The notes under the pieces were generated by a model, which was not told the DNA's origin, made no database searches, and was given only the letters and a program-made list of their open reading frames with translations. DNA of 64,000 nucleotides from Nemertoderma westbladi (taxonomy: Eukaryota > Animalia > Xenacoelomorpha), in the NCBI GenBank assembly GCA_032718475.1, contig JAUCBJ010001093.1:31770-95769 (forward strand). Reading direction: 5' to 3'. This document shows positions 51,571-64,000 of this stretch, in pieces. Every line of letters begins with the position of its first letter. Position 1 is the stretch's first letter. Both the position numbers and the translations under genes were made by a program.

Positions 51571-54500
51571 TTAGTTTCTGATTGATTTGAGTAGACTTTC
51601 AGTGATCCATGCTTTGAGGGGACGAGTTTTGTGTGTATATGATTTTAGTTCTGATTGATTTGAGTAGACTTTCAGTGATCCATGCTTTGAGGGGACGAGT
51701 TTTGTGTGTATATGATTTTAGTTCTGATTGATTTGAGTAGACTTTCAGTGATTCATGCTTTGAGGGGCCGAGTTTTGTGTGTATATGATTTTAGTTCTGA
51801 TTGATTTGAGTAGACTTTCAGTGATCCATGCTTTGAGGGGCCAAGTTTTGTGTGTATATGATTTTAGTTCTGATTGATTTGAGTAGACTTTCAGTGATCC
51901 ATGCTTTGAGGGGCCGAGTTTTGTGTGTATATGATTTTAGTTCTGATTGATTTGAGTAGACTTTCAGTGATCCATGCTTTGAGGGGCCGAGTTTTGTGTG
52001 TATATGATTTTAGTTCTGATTGATTTGAGTAGACTTTCAGTGATCCATGCTTTGAGGGGACGAGTTTTGTGTGTATATGATTTTAGTTCTGATTGATTTG
52101 AGTAGACTTTCAGTGATCCATGCTTTGAGGGGCCGAGTTTTGTGTGTATATGATTTTAGTTCTGATTGATTTGAGTAGACTTTCAGTGATCCATGCTTTG
52201 AGGGGACGAGTTTTGTGTGTATATGATTTTAGTTCTGATTGATTTGAGTAGACTTTCAGTGATCCATGCTTTGAGGGGACGAGTTTTGTGTGTATATGAT
52301 TTTAGTTCCGATTGATTTGAGTAGACTTTCAGTGATCCATGCTTTGAGGGGCCGAGTTTTGTGTGTATATGATTTTAGTTCTGATTGATTTGAGTAGACT
52401 TTCAGTGATCCATGCTTTGAGGGGCCGAGTTTTGTGTGTATATGATTTTAGTTCTGATTGATTTGAGTAGACTTTCAGTGATCCATGCTTTGAGGGGCCG
52501 AGTTTTGTGTGTATATGATTTTAGTTCCGATTGATTTGAGTAGACTTTCAGTGATCCATGCTTTGAGGGGCCGAGTTTTGTGTGTATATGATTTTAGTTC
52601 TGATTGATTTGAGTAGACTTTCAGTGATCCATGCTTTGAGGGGCCGAGTTTTGTGTGTATATGATTTTAGTTCTGATTGATTTGAGTAGACTTTCAGTGA
52701 TCCATGCTTTGAGGGGCCGAGTTTTGTGTGTATATGATTTTAGTTCTGATTGATTTGAGTAGACTTTCAGTGATCCATGCTTTGAGGGGCCGAGTTTTGT
52801 GTGTATATGATTTTAGTTCTGATTGATTTGAGTAGACTTTCAGTGATCCATGCTTTGAGGGGCCGAGTTTTGTGTGTATATGATTTTAGTTCTGATTGAT
52901 TTGAGTAGACTTTCAGTGATCCATGCTTTGAGGGGCCGAGTTTTGTGTGTATATGATTTTAGTTCCGATTGATTTGAGTAGACTTTCAGTGATCCATGCT
53001 TTGAGGGGCCGAGTTTTGTGTGTATATGATTTTAGTTCTGATTGATTTGAGTAGACTTTCAGTGATCCATGCTTTGAGGGGCCGAGTTTTGTGTGTATAT
53101 GATTTTAGTTCTGATTGATTTGAGTAGACTTTCAGTGATCCATGCTTTGAGGGGCCGAGTTTTGTGTGTATATGATTTTAGTTCTGATTGATTTGAGTAG
53201 ACTTTCAGTGATCCATGCTTTGAGGGGCCGAGTTTTGTGTGTATATGATTTTAGTTCTGATTGATTTGAGTAGACTTTCAGTGATCCATGCTTTGAGGGG
53301 CCGAGTTTTGTGTGTATATGATTTTAGTTCCGATTGATTTGAGTAGACTTTCAGTGATCCATGCTTTGAGGGGCCGAGTTTTGTGTGTATATGATTTTAG
53401 TTCCGATTGATTTGAGTAGACTTTCAGTGATCCATGCTTTGAGGGGCCGAGTTTTGTGTGTATATGATTTTAGTTCCGATTGATTTGAGTAGACTTTCAG
53501 TGATCCATGCTTTGAGGGGCCGAGTTTTGTGTGTATATGATTTTAGTTCTGATTGATTTGAGTAGACTTTCAGTGATCCATGCTTTTAGGGGCCGAGTTT
53601 TGTGTGTATATGATTTTAGTTCTGATTGATTTGAGTAGACTTTCAGTGATCCATGCTTTGAGGGGCCGAGTTTTGTGTGTATATGATTTTAGTTCTGATT
53701 GATTTGAGTAGACTTTCAGTGATCCATGCTTTGAGGGGCCGAGTTTTGTGTGTATATGATTTTAGTTCTGATTGATTTGAGTAGACTTTCAGTGATTCAT
53801 GCTTTGAGGGGCCGAGTTTTGTGTGTATATGATTTTAGTTCTGATTGATTTGAGTAGACTTTCAGTGATCCATGCTTTGAGGGGCCGAGTTTTGTGTGTA
53901 TATGATTTTAGTTCTGATTGATTTGAGTAGACTTTCAGTGATCCATGCTTTGAGGGGCCGAGTTTTGTGTGTATATGATTTTAGTTCTGATTGATTTGAG
54001 TAGACTTTCAGTGATCCATGCTTTGAGGGGACGAGTTTTGTGTGTATATGATTTTAGTTCTGATTGATTTGAGTAGACTTTCAGTGATTCATGCTTTGAG
54101 GGGCCGAGTTTTGTGTGTATATGATTTTAGTTCTGATTGATTTGAGTAGACTTTCAGTGATCCATGCTTTGAGGGGCCGAGTTTTGTGTGTATATGATTT
54201 TAGTTCTGATTGATTTGAGTAGACTTTCAGTGATCCATGCTTTGAGGGGCCGAGTTTTGTGTGTATATGATTTTAGTTCTGATTGATTTGAGTAGACTTT
54301 CAGTGATCCATGCTTTGAGGGGACGAGTTTTGTGTGTATATGATTTTAGTTCTGATTGATTTGAGTAGACTTTCAGTGATCCATGCTTTGAGGGGCCGAG
54401 TTTTGTGTGTATATGATTTTAGTTCTGATTGATTTGAGTAGACTTTCAGTGATCCATTCTTTGAGGGGACGAGTTTTGTGTGTATATGATTTTAGTTCTG

Positions 54501-56756
54501 ATTGATTTGAGTAGACTTTCAGTGATCCATGCTTTGAGGGGACGAGTTTTGTGTGTATATGATTTTAGTTCTGATTGATTTGAGTAGACTTTCAGTGATC
54601 CATGCTTTGAGGGGCCGAGTTTTGTGTGTATATGATTTTAGTTCCGATTGATTTGAGTAGACTTTCAGTGATCCATGCTTTTAGGGGCCGAGTTTTGTGT
54701 GTATATGATTTTAGTTCTGATTGATTTGAGTAGACTTTCAGTGATCCATGCTTTGAGGGGACGAGTTTTGTGTGTATATGATTTTAGTTCTGATTGATTT
54801 GAGTAGACTTTCAGTGATCCATGCTTTGAGGGGCCGAGTTTTGTGTGTATATGATTTTAGTTCCGATTGATTTGAGTAGACTTTCAGTGATCCATGCTTT
54901 GAGGGGACGAGTTTTGTGTGTATATGATTTTAGTTCTGATTGATTTGAGTAGACTTTCAGTGATCCATGCTTTGAGGGGACGAGTTTTGTGTGTATATGA
55001 TTTTAGTTCTGATTGATTTGAGTAGACTTTCAGTGATCCATGCTTTGAGGGGCCGAGTTTTGTGTGTATATGATTTTAGTTCTGATTGATTTGAGTAGAC
55101 TTTCAGTGATCCATGCTTTGAGGGGCCGAGTTTTGTGTGTATATGATTTTAGTTCTGATTGATTTGAGTAGACTTTCAGTGATCCATGCTTTGAGGGGAC
55201 GAGTTTTGTGTGTATATGATTTTAGTTCTGATTGATTTGAGTAGACTTTCAGTGATCCATGCTTTGAGGGGCCGAGTTTTGTGTGTATATGATTTTAGTT
55301 CCGATTGATTTGAGTAGACTTTCAGTGATCCATGCTTTTAGGGGCCGAGTTTTGTGTGTATATGATTTTAGTTCTGATTGATTTGAGTAGACTTTCAGTG
55401 ATCCATGCTTTGAGGGGACGAGTTTTGTGTGTATATGATTTTAGTTCTGATTGATTTGAGTAGACTTTCAGTGATCCATGCTTTGAGGGGCCGAGTTTTG
55501 TGTGTATATGATTTTAGTTCCGATTGATTTGAGTAGACTTTCAGTGATCCATGCTTTTAGGGGCCGAGTTTTGTGTGTATATGATTTTAGTTCTGATTGA
55601 TTTGAGTAGACTTTCAGTGATCCATGCTTTGAGGGGACGAGTTTTGTGTGTATATGATTTTAGTTCTGATTGATTTGAGTAGACTTTCAGTGATTCATGC
55701 TTTGAGGGGCCGAGTTTTGTGTGTATATGATTTTAGTTCTGATTGATTTGAGTAGACTTTCAGTGATCCATGCTTTGAGGGGCCGAGTTTTGTGTGTATA
55801 TGATTTTAGTTCTGATTGATTTGAGTAGACTTTCAGTGATTCATGCTTTGAGGGGCCGAGTTTTGTGTGTATATGATTTTAGTTCTGATTGATTTGAGTA
55901 GACTTTCAGTGATCCATGCTTTGAGGGGCCGAGTTTTGTGTGTATATGATTTTAGTTCTGATTGATTTGAGTAGACTTTCAGTGATCCATGCTTTGAGGG
56001 GACGAGTTTTGTGTGTATATGATTTTAGTTCTGATTGATTTGAGTAGACTTTCAGTGATCCATGCTTTGAGGGGCCGAGTTTTGTGTGTATATGATTTTA
56101 GTTCTGATTGATTTGAGTAGACTTTCAGTGATCCATGCTTTGAGGGGCCGAGTTTTGTGTGTATATGATTTTAGTTCTGATTGATTTGAGTAGACTTTCA
56201 GTGATCCATGCTTTGAGGGGACGAGTTTTGTGTGTATATGATTTTAGTTCTGATTGATTTGAGTAGACTTTCAGTGATCCATGCTTTGAGGGGCCGAGTT
56301 TTGTGTGTATATGATTTTAGTTCTGATTGATTTGAGTAGACTTTCAGTGATCCATGCTTTGAGGGGCCGAGTTTTGTGTGTATATGATTTTAGTTCTGAT
56401 TGATTTGAGTAGACTTTCAGTGATCCATGCTTTGAGGGGCCGAGTTTTGTGTGTATATGATTTTAGTTCCGATTGATTTGAGTAGACTTTCAGTGATCCA
56501 TGCTTTGAGGGGCCGAGTTTTGTGTGTATATGATTTTAGTTCTGATTGATTTGAGTAGACTTTCAGTGATTCATGCTTTGAGGGGCCGAGTTTTGTGTGT
56601 ATATGATTTTAGTTCTGATTGATTTGAGTAGACTTTCAGTGATCCATGCTTTGAGGGGACGAGTTTTGTGTGTATATGATTTTAGTTCTGATTGATTTGA
56701 GTAGACTTTCAGTGATCCATGCTTTGAGGGGCCGAGTTTTGTGTGTATATGATTTT
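51571..56756. repeat. 73-bp satellite array 1 (about 71 copies) derived from LINE ORF2
   Basis: Unit GATTTTAGTTCTGATTGATTTGAGTAGACTTTCAGTGATCCATGCTTTGAGGGGCCGAGTTTTGTGTGTATAT. The minus strand encodes KSYTHKTRPLKAWITESLLKSIRTK. Confidence 0.97.
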
Positions 56757-57886
56757 GAAGGGATATGAGAGGAGCAAATGTTGGTGAGATTATCGTAAAA
56801 ACAGTCGAACTTTGAGATGATGGGTATTGATTTATCGGTGTAGGACCAGTTGGAGGGTTTATTAATGTCACGAAGGAAAGAAGATTCGTCAAGTTTTGAA
56901 TAGTCGAAAGTGTGGCGTGGTTTAGGTTCGTTGAAAATACAGCTAAATTTTTGTAAAATGATAAATGTTGCGTGGTGATCTGAATTACCTATTTTACAGT
57001 TAAAAGTACCCGCATTGGAAACTGAGGTGGTTATATTGGTAATTATGTGGTCTATCAGTGTTTCTGAGTTACGTTTTGGGTCAATTCGAATAGCATGGTT
57101 TATAAGCTGTATGTACCCGTAAGAGTTAAGAAGTTTTATATAACTTTTCTGTATTTGGTTGTTGTTCGTTTTCAGTAGGTCAATGTTGATATCTCCCATA
57201 ATAATTGTGTTTAGGTTCTTTTCTGTTAGTTTGGTTAAAGTAGAGTCCAGTAGAGTGATGTAGTCGGTGGGTGTGACGGAGTCTGTGCGGTAGATGGTGC
57301 CAATAACAAGAGATTTTGAACGCGGGTGGGCAATTTTTATCCATGAATTTTCGAGACCCGGGATTTGGAACTCTGCACATTCAGACACCTCTAGAGACCT
57401 CTAGATATCACGATATGAGTTGAGTAGAGTTACTAAGTAAGTTTGTTGCTTTGGGTAAGTCATTAATAAAAATTAGAAATAGTATGGGAGAGAGGACCGA
57501 TCCCTGGGGGACACCACAAATGAGAGGTAATAAAGTTGAATTAATGCCGTCGATGGAGACAAATTGTTTGCGAGAGAGGAAGCTAGAAATAAGTTGAAGG
57601 GGTAGGCCTCTGATACCATAGGTCTGAAGCTTATTAATAAGGATTTCGTGGTCTATGGTATCAAAGGCCTTTTTAAGGTCAATGTATAAGGCGCATGTTG
57701 AATGATGGCAATCGAACATAGAGTTAATTTTTTCCGTTATAGATAGTAGTGCGTGAGAGGTGGTTGTGGAGTATTATGGTCTGTGATTATGATCTGTAAT
57801 TATGGAGTATTTGTTTAAGTAGGATTGTAATTGTTCGTTAATTAATTGTTCTAGAATTTTGCTTAGTACTGGTAGTAATGATATAG

Positions 57887-58618
57887 CTCACTGAGGCATA
57901 GACTATCATGCCTCACTGAGGCACTGAGGCATAGACTATGTCTCACTGAGGCATAGACTATGCCTCACTGAGGCACTGAGGCATAGACTATGACTCACTG
58001 AGGCATTGAGGCATAGTCTATGCCTCAGTGAGGCATAGTCTATGCCTCAGTGAGGCATAGTCTATGCCTCAGTGCCTCAGTGAGGCATAGTCTATGCCTC
58101 AGTGAGTCATAGTCTATGCCTCGTGAGTCATAGTCTATGCCTTAGTACCTCAGTGAGGCATAGTCTATGCCTCAGTGAGGCATAGTCTATGCCTTAGTGC
58201 CTCAGTGAGGCATAGTCTATGCCTCGTGAGTCATAGTCTATGCCTCAGTGAGGCATAGTCTATGCCTCAGTGAGGCATAGTCTATGCCTCAGTGCCTCAG
58301 TGAGGCATAGTCTATGCCTCAGTGAGGCATAGTCTATGCCTCAGTGAGGTACTAAGGCATAGACTATGACTCACGAGGCATAGACTATGACTCACTGAGG
58401 CATAGACTATGCCTCACTGAGGCACTGAGGCATAGACTATACCTCACTGAGGCACTGAGGCATAGACTATGCCTCACTGAGGCACTGAGGCATAGACTAT
58501 GCCTCACTGAGGCACTGAGGCATAGACTATGCCTCACTGAGGCACTGAGGCATAGACTATGCCTCACTGAGGCACTGAGGCATAGACTATGCCTCAGTGA
58601 GGCAAAGTCTTTGCCTCA
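57887..58618. repeat. Palindromic minisatellite (21/30-bp units) with internal orientation switches
   Basis: Built from GAGGCATAG(A/T)CTATGCCTC and GCCTCA(C/G)TGAGGC. Confidence 0.92.
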
Positions 58619-58689
58619 ATGAGGTATAGTAGACTAGCTAGTAGACTAGCTAAATATATTATTGAGATATTTTATTTTTTTAGCTTAAA

Positions 58690-58955
58690 CTGGGGCGGTT
58701 TACATTGGGCCAGTTTACTTCTTAGAACCAGAATAATAATTGCAAAAAGCCTACGGGGTCAGGTCAATCTCTTAAAGTTTAAGAAACTACACGCCTATGA
58801 GTTCACATCTATCTGTCTGTACCTGCAGTACAAATATATAATATAATTTACGGTGTTATAATATAATTGTATTATAATTTATTATTATAATTTTTCTTTC
58901 ACCTTCTGACATATTACTAATAATTATTAAATTGATATTTGAAGGGCTATTCAAT
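58690..58955 (+). repeat. Dispersed repeat, near-identical to ~62648-62915
   Basis: CTGGGGCGGTTTACATTGGGCCAGTTT...GAAGGGCTATTCAATT is present at both sites. Confidence 0.85.
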
Positions 58956-59063
58956 TATTTATGACGGTTTATTACGGTTTTTGTGAGATGATTACGATAG
59001 TCGGTAAAACATTTACGGTTGGTTTCTGTTCGGTTTTTTAAATAGTTCCTGTATAATTTGTCC

Positions 59064-60380
59064 TTAGTTTCTGATTGATTTGAGTAGACTTTCAGTGATC
59101 CATGCTTTGAGGGGCCGAGTTTTGTGTGTATATGATTTTAGTTCCGATTGATTTGAGTAGACTTTCAGTGATCCATGCTTTGAGGGGCCGAGTTTTGTGT
59201 GTATATGATTTTAGTTCTGATTGATTTGAGTAGACTTTCAGTGATCCATGCTTTGAGGGGACGAGTTTTGTGTGTATATGATTTTAGTTCTGATTGATTT
59301 GAGTAGACTTTCAGTGATCCATGCTTTGAGGGGACAAGTTTTGTGTGTATATGATTTTAGTTCTGATTGATTTGAGTAGACTTTCAGTGATCCATGCTTT
59401 GAGGGGACGAGTTTTGTGTGTATATGATTTTAGTTCTGATTGATTTGAGTAGACTTTCAGTGATCCATGCTTTGAGGGGACGAGTTTTGTGTGTATATGA
59501 TTTTAGTTCTGATTGATTTGAGTAGACTTTCAGTGATCCATGCTTTGAGGGGCCGAGTTTTGTGTGTATATGATTTTAGTTCTGATTGATTTGAGTAGAC
59601 TTTCAGTGATCCATGCTTTGAGGGGCCGAGTTTTGTGTGTATATGATTTTAGTTCTGATTGATTTGAGTAGACTTTCAGTGATCCATGCTTTGAGGGGAC
59701 GAGTTTTGTGTGTATATGATTTTAGTTCTGATTGATTTGAGTAGACTTTCAGTGATCCATGCTTTGAGGGGCCGAGTTTTGTGTGTATATGATTTTAGTT
59801 CTGATTGATTTGAGTAGACTTTCAGTGATCCATGCTTTGAGGGGCCGAGTTTTGTGTGTATATGATTTTAGTTCTGATTGATTTGAGTAGACTTTCAGTG
59901 ATCCATGCTTTGAGGGGCCGAGTTTTGTGTGTATATGATTTTAGTTCTGATTGATTTGAGTAGACTTTCAGTGATCCATGCTTTGAGGGGACGAGTTTTG
60001 TGTGTATATGATTTTAGTTCTGATTGATTTGAGTAGACTTTCAGTGATCCATGCTTTGAGGGGCCGAGTTTTGTGTGTATATGATTTTAGTTCTGATTGA
60101 TTTGAGTAGACTTTCAGTGATCCATGCTTTGAGGGGCCGAGTTTTGTGTGTATATGATTTTAGTTCTGATTGATTTGAGTAGACTTTCAGTGATCCATGC
60201 TTTGAGGGGCCAAGTTTTGTGTGTATATGATTTTAGTTCTGATTGATTTGAGTAGACTTTCAGTGATCCATGCTTTGAGGGGCCAAGTTTTGTGTGTATA
60301 TGATTTTAGTTCTGATTGATTTGAGTAGACTTTCAGTGATCCATGCTTTGAGGGGCCGAGTTTTGTGTGTATATGATTTT
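59064..60380. repeat. 73-bp satellite array 2 (about 18 copies)
   Basis: Same unit and same LINE flanks as array 1. Confidence 0.97.
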
Positions 60381-62020
60381 GAAGGGATATGAGAGGAGCA
60401 AATGTTGGTGAGATTATCGTAAAAACAGTCAAACTTTGAGATGATGGGTATTGATTTATCGGTGTAGGACCAGTTGGAGGGTTTATTAATGTCACGAAGG
60501 AAAGAAGATTCGTCAAGTTTTGAATAGTCGAAAGTGGGGCGTGGTTTAGGTTCGTTGAAAATACAGCTAAATTTTTGTAAAATGATAAATGTTGCGTGGT
60601 GATCTGAATTACCTATTTTACAGTTAAAAGTACCCGCATTGGAAACTGAGGTGGTTATATTGGTAATTATGTGGTCTATCTGTGTTTCTGAGTTACGTTT
60701 TGGGTCAATTCTAATAGCATGGTTTATAAGCTGTATGTACCCGTAAGAGTTAAGAAGGTTTATATAACTTTTCTGTATTTGGTTGTTGTTCGTTTTCAGT
60801 AGGTCAATGTTGATATCTCCCATAATAATTGTGTTTAGGTTCTTTTCTGTTAGTTTGGTTAAAGTAGAGTCCAGTAGAGTGATGTAGTCGGTGGGTGTGA
60901 CGGAGTCTGTGCGGTAGATGGTGCCAATAACAAGAGATTTTGAACGCGGGCGGGCAATTTTTATCCATGAATTTTCGAGACCCGGGATTTGGAGCTCTGC
61001 ACATTCAGACACCTCTAGAGATTCACTAACATAAATGGCGGTTCCTCCACGTCTAGAATTTCCTGTTAATCGGTTATGAACAATTGGGAGATGGTAACCA
61101 TCAATTTTAAAAAAATGGAGAGGAGTATCTTCGTTGAAAAATGTTCGGTGAATGTCAGAACTTCAAATTTGTAGTTTAAACTTTTTAAAAAGAGATTTAT
61201 TGCGTCAAAATTAAAAGATAAGCTAAAACAATTTAGGTGGAAAACTGAAAAGGATTGCCTTTTTGAGTCCGAAAAATCGGTTTGAAAAGTTTGGGGAGTG
61301 TATGAACCTTTGTCAAAGGAATATATATTTGTTAAGTTTTGATCCGGGTCTATATTGGTGAAGATCGGATTAAGGTGATGAGGTTCCGAATCAGATGAGA
61401 TTCATTTGACTGATTAAAACATTTACCGGTAAAAATATCTTCGTCATCGTTTAAAACTGTGGAAAACGGAAACGTGCATAGGTGTGTCGCGTAATTTTGG
61501 TTTGTAAATCGGATTGTGTTAGGTGCGAGCCGCAAGGCAGATAAAAAGTTAATTCACACAAGGTGCAACAAAACTGGGGTTCTGATGAAATAACAAAAGA
61601 AAAACAAAACGCACAGGTAGAATGGCAATTGGACATGATGGAGAAAGGGGGGGGGGGGGGGGGGCAGGCGATAGAAAAGTTACAGTTGGTCACCATAGAC
61701 CATCAGAGACTATTGCACAGTTGCACAAAAATCTATATTAGGCTGGTAGTACAAACTTAGGTTTAGGTTGCCGGTAGGTCCGCATTTTACTCTATTACTA
61801 GTGCCTGGAGTATCAATATCTGGACTATTTATTCAATACCATATAAGGTAAATTTACTATTCTTAGGTTAAAAAAAAAGAAAAAAAATCTATATGTATCT
61901 AATAACCGATATCTATCATTGCACCCAAAGAAAAATTCGAAAACATAATTTTATGTTCAATTTAACTAGAAAGACATCAATATTACACATATAACGGCGG
62001 GGTAGGGTAGGCGAGAAGAC

Positions 62021-62288
62021 GGGGTAGCTCATTTGGTTGAGCGCCGGGCCTGCAATCTATTGGTTGTAGGTTCAGCCCCGCCAGGGTCCACTCACCCTTT
62101 CATCCACTGGGGTCGATAAAATGATTACCAGTTAAATAACTGGGAGCAAATCTTGGGATAGGAGTAGCGCCCATCCCTAACCTCGGGTAGCAGATAGGAG
62201 TAGCGCCCACCCCTACCCTCGGGTAGCAGCTATCGAAAGAGAAGCCTTTGGATCGCCTCCGGCTTCGGCCGACAGTTTGCTTTTTTTT
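62021..62288 (+). mobile_element. tRNA-derived SINE with a Deu/Nin-like central domain
   Basis: A box TAGCTCATTTGG, tRNA-like CTGCAA loop, degenerate B box GGTTCAGCCC, central ACTCACCCTTTCATCCACTGGGGTCGATAAAATGATTACCAG, T-rich tail. Confidence 0.75.
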
Positions 62289-62359
62289 TATAACACATAT
62301 GGCCCTGATGGGTCTTCCTACAGATCCAGACAATATATAGTAACTTTAAAATTAACGCA

Positions 62360-62660
62360 AAGAATATATCTAACTAGTCTACTGGGCCGATTTACTTCCA
62401 TGACCAAAAAAATATAGAATATCTCCAGAATATATATTAGCCCACTGGGCCGATTTACTTTAGCGACAAAAATATAAAGAATATCTCCAGAATATATACT
62501 AGCCGACAGGGCCGATTTAATTAATTTAATTTGATTAAAAAAATAAAATATCTCAATAATATATCTAGATAGTCTACTGGGCCGATTTGCTTTGGGCTCA
62601 AAATAACAAAAATATGTCTGAAGTATATCTAATAACTGGCCTACTACTGGGGCGGTTTAC
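62360..62660. repeat. Degenerate ~60-bp tandem repeat with core CTACTGGGCCGATTTACTT
   Basis: Four to five diverged copies are visible. Confidence 0.6.
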
Positions 62661-63239
62661 ATTGGGCCAGTTTATTTCTTAGAACCAAAATAATAATTGC
62701 AAAAAGCCTACGGGGTCAGGTCAATCTCTTAAAGTTTAAGAAACTACACGCCTATGAGTTCACATCTATCTGTCTGTACCTGCCGTAGAAATATATAATA
62801 TAATTTACGGTGTTATAATACAATTGTTTTATAATTTATTATTATAATTATTCTTTCACCTTCTGACATATTATTAATAATTATTAAATTGATATTTGAA
62901 GGGCTATTCAATTATTTACGTAATAATATGCTCGGTATATGTTGGGCGAGTCGGGCTGTCAGGGAGAGCCTTAGCGCACAATTATAACTAGTAAATTGGG
63001 CAAAATTTTATGCCTGTCTGTCTGTCCGTCTGTCATGAAAAATTCATTCGTAAATAACTTTTGAAGATTTTATCCATTTTCAACCAAATTATTATGGGCG
63101 TACTAGAAAAAACGTTTACCAATATTTTTGAAAGTTACGGGCAAATACCTCTCGAACTTTTGACTCCAGATATAATCGAACTTGTTTCGAACTTGCTCAA
63201 GTTCGCGTGCTTCGCGACGTCCCACGAACGTGTTATTTG

Positions 63240-64000
63240 ACCAAATTTTGGAAAGGGTGTATTTCCTGACTGCATCTGCACAAGCGTGCAAATACCCATA
63301 AGGAAAAGTGGTGATAGGGAGATACCTGACACAAAAAGCTACAAGGGGATTTCCATAATCTCAATATTGGTATCAAGCTGTCAAGTTGGAGATCTGTCTC
63401 GGATGACATAAAGGAATTGAAAACACATGATACACAGCTGGGCTGGGATATGAAAGAAATGTCTGCACTCACTGAAACTGCTAACACGATGGCTGCTAAA
63501 CTCATATCCAATTTCAATAATAAATGGAATGGTGGATCCAAAATTTATTTGGTATCGCTGGATCTGTCCAGCAGATTTCACACTGTACAGTATTATCATG
63601 GATACAACTCTTTTAAAAACTGGCGATAGCGGGGTATGAGAAAGCGATCATTGATACACTGTACTCATATTATGGAAAGTCAAGTGCTGTCATTAAGATA
63701 AATAACATGATTTCGACTACATTAATACCTCTAAACAGTGGAGTCAGGTAGGAAGTGGTATTGCGCCTACTCTGTTTAATGTCTTGTAACTGACCTATTC
63801 TTGGAACTCGAGTCATCTGGGTTGTCAACAATGAGGCGATCCCTCCATTATTTTTGCTGATGATATTATTTTAATGGCTAATTTACTTGGAGATGTAGAG
63901 GGGTTATTGAAAATGGAAGAGGCTGAACGCTGCAAATTTTTGATACTTCCGGCCATTGAACACAATATTAAAGATCACTTTACGCGGAAGATATGGATGA
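63240..64000 (+). pseudogene. Decayed LINE RT fragment running off the window
   Basis: GVFPD..IPIRK..SYKGISI; TQLG; SLDLSSRFHTV; NSGVR*; IFADDIILM. Confidence 0.7.

Larger units (their letters stand above)
49650..61700 (-). mobile_element. Rearranged, partly duplicated CR1-type LINE (PHD-like N-terminus, APE x2, RT pieces x2) containing satellite arrays
   Basis: Cys-rich start at 61450-61650. APE copies at 60260-61012 and 56636-57388 (IYR..IIMGDINID..LIDHI..SDHH). RT pieces at 50450-51200 and 57408-57885 (NYRPISLL, QYGFR, IDLKKAFDT, GVPQGSVL). C-terminus (PYINYGILVWG) at ~50060. Confidence 0.88.

Noticed and set aside
62021-62095. tRNA-Cys gene
   Set aside because: The B box and acceptor stem are degenerate and the sequence runs into a SINE body; treated as a SINE head.
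62930-63100. Helentron/DINE-like end (GTCTGTCTGTCCGTCTGTC)
   Set aside because: Only the microsatellite is suggestive; subterminal inverted repeats and a 3' hairpin could not be established.

Overview
AT-rich, repeat-dense invertebrate (metazoan) genomic DNA. The only host gene I can support is a spliced class A GPCR on the minus strand, most similar to thyrotropin-releasing hormone receptors (three in-frame exons covering TM1-TM4 at 10827-10708, 10340-10214 and 7799-7606). Nearly everything else is transposon or satellite DNA. A decayed CR1/L2-type LINE (~10.9-28.5 kb) is split by two younger insertions. The first is an 11.8-kb BEL/Pao-derived LTR element (12816-24616; 540-bp LTRs with 2 differences seen; CTTAC TSD). 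It keeps gag-protease, has lost RT/RNase H and most of integrase, and carries a hairpin repeat array followed by an intact 850-aa extra ORF that looks like a DEDDy (WRN/EXD2/RNase D-like) 3'-5' exonuclease fused to three CCHC knuckles. It also lacks a tRNA-type primer site and may self-prime. The second is a 1.1-kb TTAA-flanked foldback element. Further right lie an apparently intact piggyBac, several MITEs, a 43-bp satellite, a duplicated CR1-type LINE whose ORF2 linker has been amplified into 73-bp satellite arrays, an all-palindrome minisatellite and a tRNA-derived SINE. All family assignments are from motif recognition by eye, not database searches.
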